A stretch of DNA of 42,635 nt from an uncultured Lachnospiraceae bacterium (GTDB lineage: Bacteria > Bacillota > Clostridia > Oscillospirales > CAG-272), in assembly GCA_964445865.1 (NCBI GenBank), contig CAYULZ010000001.1, positions 1 to 42,635 of the forward strand. Reading direction: 5' to 3'. Shown piece by piece: positions 39,474 through 42,635 of the stretch (positions within the stretch are counted from its first letter, which is position 1; every line of letters begins with the position of its first letter). The notes under the pieces are model-generated. The model had not been told where the DNA came from. It searched no databases and was given only the letters and a program-made list of their open reading frames with translations. The translations under genes and the position numbers were made by a program.

Positions 39474-41411
39474 ATGTCAATGCTATTTTTAATCATATTT
39501 GCTTGTATTCGATTATTATTGACATTTTTATGCTTTCCCGTTAAAATGATAACACAACATACGTATGGCGTCGTCGGCACGTTACGCCGAAAGCCCGTCT
39601 ATTTTGCCAATAGGCGTCAGCTTCCGCTCTACCGAACCCAGTACAAGCAAGGGGAGTGTAGCGCGATACAGTACCCCTTGCTCATTGAAAACATGACTTA
39701 TTTTGGAGGTTGGAAATTTCAAAACAAAAATATTTTTGTCTTTGATTTGGAGATGCACAAGCATTTCTTTTCTCCTGCAATCAAAGTGACAAAAAAGCTC
39801 AAGGACATTTGCACAGGTGCATATTTCCTTGAAATCAAGTTTTACGCAAACTCCCATGTGGAGAGTGTGGTTCTTGAAAGAAAGCTCCTCGGCGAAAAAT
39901 TTTTGCCATGTCTCTTAGAAAAAGGTTTTTGGCTTTCATCAACGCTTGTCAACGAGGTAACGTTGTCCGAAATTTTGATGGAACAAGAAAATTCCGTTTC
40001 TCTTGGACTCTGCCACTCAAAATTGGGCTATCAGTTATGGCAGGGCAAGGTTTATTATTTCGGGAAAGATGAGATTGCTGGCAACCTTGATTCTACCTAT
40101 GTAGGCGATCAAGAGCTTTCCGTTTCGGGGGCTTTCTGCGAATGGCAAGCCTTTGTCAAACAAGCCGTGGAGGCAAATCCTCTGCTTGCTCTTCCCATGG
40201 CAATGGGGGCATCAGCCCCTATTGCCACCCGATTGAAGCAGACTGGCGACACCGACGAGACCTTGCTCTGGGCACTCATTGGAGCCTCAAGTACAGGAAA
40301 AACCACGTGCTTGAAGCTCTCGGCGAGTGCGTGGGGCAAGCCATCGGGAGAAGGGATCATTGACAACTTGACAGGAACAGAGAAGTATTTTTTCGCTTCA
40401 CTTGCGAGCCGTGAAGGATACCCCAATTTTTTTGACGAGACAAGTGCGGTTACTTGGGATTTTTCGAAAGCGATTTACACGGTTGCCCTTTCGCGAGAAG
40501 GGGGAAGGTGCAATCCCGATGGTACTCCCAAGAAGCGTAAAACTTGGTCGGGGGCGGTGATCTTTACTGGGGAGACTTCGATGTTTCATCGTACCAACGG
40601 CAATGGCGGCTTGCATGCTCGACTTGTGGAGTTCGATTTTTCATGGTTCGCAGAAGACGAGTCACAACCCGAAAAAATCAGCCGATTTGTTTCGCAGAAT
40701 TATGGAACGGCATGGCAGCAATTCATGTGCTATATGCAAACCATGACCGATGTCGAGTTATGCGAGAAATATGATGCCACCTTTGATGAGATTCGCAAAG
40801 CGATTGCCGTGCAAGGCGGTTTTGATGAAGAAACGTGGATGACTAAAAAATTTACGGGGATTCAAAAGCGCATTATCAAAAAATTGGCAGTGCTTTTGGT
40901 TGCCATAGATTTGATGGCGGTGGCATGGGATTGGTCGGTTGACCATTTACGGGTCATCGAGTATCTTTTGTCGGTGTATGAGCACAACGCATCACGAATT
41001 GACAAGATTGACGAGTTCCGTGAGGCGTTGGTACAGCACATTGCACGGCATCGGAACGAGTTTCCGGCTGTGAATCGAACAGGCTTTGACAGTAGTTCGC
41101 AAAGCAATGCCAAGGGCTTTCAAGATCGATGGAAAGGGCGAAATTGCGTATGGATTTTGGCGAACGAATTCGAAATGCAACTATTGAAGCACGGCTTGGA
41201 TGCCTCGCCGAACGTGTTGCATGAGCTTCACCGCCGCAAAATGATAGAGCACTTTGGTGATCGTTTTCGCAAGAATTATAAGACGGGAGCGATCAAGCCC
41301 TTGTGCTTTTGCTTCTATCCCGATACCGAACCGCCCCCACCTGCTTCGGCAAAAAAGAAAAAATCCAAGAAAAAGGGCAGCCAACTGAAAAATCTGCTCG
41401 AAGAAAATTAA
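39474..41411 (+). CDS. DUF927/Cch-type (SF3/MCM-like) replicative helicase; start codon uncertain (39474, 39546 or 39693)
   Basis: Walker A ALIGASSTGKTTCLKLSASAWGKP. Walker B-like NFFDETSAV. ...GAVIFTGETS...HARLVEFDF matches the DUF927 pattern. If the promoter at 39519 is real, the first in-frame ATG downstream is 39693, which has no clear RBS. Confidence 0.7.
   Translation: MSMLFLIIFACIRLLLTFLCFPVKMITQHTYGVVGTLRRKPVYFANRRQLPLYRTQYKQGECSAIQYPLLIENMTYFGGWKFQNKNIFVFDLEMHKHFFSPAIKVTKKLKDICTGAYFLEIKFYANSHVESVVLERKLLGEKFLPCLLEKGFWLSSTLVNEVTLSEILMEQENSVSLGLCHSKLGYQLWQGKVYYFGKDEIAGNLDSTYVGDQELSVSGAFCEWQAFVKQAVEANPLLALPMAMGASAPIATRLKQTGDTDETLLWALIGASSTGKTTCLKLSASAWGKPSGEGIIDNLTGTEKYFFASLASREGYPNFFDETSAVTWDFSKAIYTVALSREGGRCNPDGTPKKRKTWSGAVIFTGETSMFHRTNGNGGLHARLVEFDFSWFAEDESQPEKISRFVSQNYGTAWQQFMCYMQTMTDVELCEKYDATFDEIRKAIAVQGGFDEETWMTKKFTGIQKRIIKKLAVLLVAIDLMAVAWDWSVDHLRVIEYLLSVYEHNASRIDKIDEFREALVQHIARHRNEFPAVNRTGFDSSSQSNAKGFQDRWKGRNCVWILANEFEMQLLKHGLDASPNVLHELHRRKMIEHFGDRFRKNYKTGAIKPLCFCFYPDTEPPPPASAKKKKSKKKGSQLKNLLEEN
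39519..39547 (+). promoter_or_regulatory. Near-consensus promoter upstream of the DUF927 helicase gene
   Basis: TTGACA (39519-39524), 17-nt spacer, TAAAAT (39542-39547). Confidence 0.6.
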
Positions 41412-41432
41412 AAAATAAAGGAGGTCATTATT

Positions 41433-41912
41433 ATGATGACGAACAATTTTAACGCCGCAGTTAGCGGAAAGACTGCAACCCCTATCACCCCGTCTGCTCG
41501 TACTAGACGCAGTAAATATTCCGTTACTATCGTTTGTAGCAAACGTAACGGAAAGCGTGTGACCTTTACCGCTGCATTGGCGGCAAGATTGAAGCTTACT
41601 GACACGATATACGTAACGGCGTATGCGGATGATCGATTCATCGTCCTTGGCGCAACACCATTTAACGAGTCATCAACGGCGTTCAATCTGTCGGGCGATG
41701 ACATGAAGATGGCGTATAGTTCAGGACTCGTTCATTTCTTAATCGAAACATTCCGCCTCGAATACGGCGGACACGTCTCCAAGTGTTTTGGGGATATTTC
41801 CTTCAATGACGATCCTGATGCTCCTATGGCAATGCTTAAATTTCCCACGCCATCGATTCCCGTGGTAAGCAAGGAGGAAAGTCATGATTCAAGTCTTGAA
41901 AGTGACTCGTGA
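41433..41912 (+). CDS. Hypothetical protein (159 aa)
   Basis: RBS AAAGGAGG. The N-terminus is basic and no family was recognised. Confidence 0.55.
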   Translation: MMTNNFNAAVSGKTATPITPSARTRRSKYSVTIVCSKRNGKRVTFTAALAARLKLTDTIYVTAYADDRFIVLGATPFNESSTAFNLSGDDMKMAYSSGLVHFLIETFRLEYGGHVSKCFGDISFNDDPDAPMAMLKFPTPSIPVVSKEESHDSSLESDS

Positions 41913-42030
41913 AGCGATTGTGAGAAAGCAATCCATCAAGTCAGCGATTAAGGAAGAGAAGGGCACTCATCCCTCAAAAAGGGCAGCAGAACCTTTGGCA
42001 ACACTTCTGCAAAAGTTAAAAAAGCTTTAA
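41884..42030 (+). CDS. Small basic protein (48 aa), not in the ORF track
   Basis: ATG 41884 lies 6 nt after a strong AAGGAGG. MIQVLKVTREAIVRKQSIKSAIKEEKGTHPSKRAAEPLATLLQKLKKL. It overlaps the tail of the 159-aa ORF by 29 nt. Confidence 0.45.
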   Translation: MIQVLKVTREAIVRKQSIKSAIKEEKGTHPSKRAAEPLATLLQKLKKL

Positions 42031-42037
42031 AATTAAA

Positions 42038-42063
42038 GACCCGTGGGAAGACTCCCACGGGTC
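42038..42063. other. 11-bp perfect hairpin without a downstream U-tract, 26 nt upstream of serine recombinase 2
   Basis: GACCCGTGGGA-AGAC-TCCCACGGGTC. The A-rich run lies on its 5' side. Confidence 0.5.
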
Positions 42064-42088
42064 GCTCATCAAAGAAAGGAACTCAAAC

Positions 42089-42635
42089 ATGAAAAATATA
42101 TTTGAAGAAATGAATCAAGATAGAGAAAACGTAGTGGCATATATGCGATACTCGTCTGCCAATCAGGACGAGCAATCCATAGCGTATCAGCGTGATACCA
42201 TTATGGCGTATGCTTTGGGGCGAGGGTATTTCGTATCGGCAGAGTACATAGATGAAGCCCGTACGGGTACGAATGACAGACGGGAAGGATTTCAAAGGCT
42301 GATGAGGGATGCGAAAGAAAAGCCAGTATGGCATAAAATTCTCGTCTATGACATGAGCCGATTTTCCCGTAATAATATGGATGCAACCAAATATGCGTCA
42401 GAGCTTGAAGATTTGGACATCGAGATCATCAGCGTAACGCAAGCCTTTGATAAATCCAATGAAGGGATACTGTCGCGAGGGATTGTGAATTTGCTGAATG
42501 AGTATTACAGCCGCAATCTCGCCAAGCATACTCACGCAGGATTGATGCAACGTGCGCAAGAGTTTAAGCATTGTGGTGGTGTAGCTCCGCTTGGTTATTA
42601 TGTGGATAATCAAAAGCAACTTGCCATCCATGAAG
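42089..42635 (+). CDS. Second large serine recombinase, N-terminal part (continues beyond the window)
   Basis: The frame is open from ATG 42089 to the window end: MKNIFEEMNQDRENVVAYMRYSSANQDEQSIAYQ...ILVYDMSRFSRN...CGGVAPLGYYVD. It is absent from the ORF track because no stop codon is reached. Confidence 0.85.
   Translation, partial: MKNIFEEMNQDRENVVAYMRYSSANQDEQSIAYQRDTIMAYALGRGYFVSAEYIDEARTGTNDRREGFQRLMRDAKEKPVWHKILVYDMSRFSRNNMDATKYASELEDLDIEIISVTQAFDKSNEGILSRGIVNLLNEYYSRNLAKHTHAGLMQRAQEFKHCGGVAPLGYYVDNQKQLAIHE

Larger units (their letters stand above)
32045..42635. mobile_element. Integrated mobile element (possibly two tandem modules) abutting the ssrA 3' end; serine-recombinase type; right end beyond the window
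   Basis: An abrupt shift to AT-richer sequence, judged by eye, starts right after the tmRNA CCA. Contents: excisionase-type HTH, DUF3846, DUF1643, DUF927-type helicase and two large serine recombinases (37106..38653, 42089..>42635). Confidence 0.75.

Noticed and set aside
1-42635. CRISPR arrays, rRNA genes, retron-type ncRNA/RT pairs, restriction-modification genes and toxin-antitoxin pairs.
   Set aside because: By-eye scanning found no regularly spaced direct repeats of 25-40 nt, and no reverse transcriptase, methyltransferase, restriction nuclease or classic TA gene pair. An exhaustive repeat search was not possible without tools.

Overview
Chromosomal window from a moderately GC-rich Firmicute, Clostridia-like: AGGAGG-type RBSs, many near-consensus TTGACA-N17-TATAAT promoters and hairpin+T-run terminators. 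All calls come from reading the sequence and ORF translations by eye; no searches were run. Positions 1-31.6 kb are backbone. They hold the 3' end of tRNA-Cys, a small membrane ORF, a frameshifted flavin-reductase gene and a monocistronic tandem-TIR/SEL1/TPR protein. Next come a three-gene operon (DRE-TIM aldolase-like fusion, ThDP enzyme, HAD phosphatase) and a 645-aa conserved hypothetical. A murE operon on the minus strand carries an Asp/Glu-type racemase and a short pre-ATP-grasp-like ORF. After that: a GNAT, an 822-aa CvpA-like membrane protein, and an AraC regulator divergent from a four-gene oxidoreductase/TIM-barrel operon. The backbone ends with a heterodimeric ABC exporter, a BcrAD/HgdC-type activase plus dehydratase-like pair with an overlapping LURP-one/YxjI gene, smpB and a DUF5596-type gene. 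ssrA (tmRNA) lies at 31676-32044. Immediately after its CCA end the sequence turns visibly AT-richer, and a mobile element runs to the window edge. It carries a Mor-like activator, an 818-aa three-TM protein of unknown function, an excisionase-type HTH, DUF3846, DUF1643, two large serine recombinases, a DUF927/Cch-type helicase and an AT-rich reverse-strand regulator-like gene. The best candidates for something undescribed are (i) the ssrA-adjacent SCC-like element and its Mor + 818-aa cargo pair and (ii) the tandem-TIR/SEL1/TPR gene. No CRISPR array, rRNA or IS transposase was seen.
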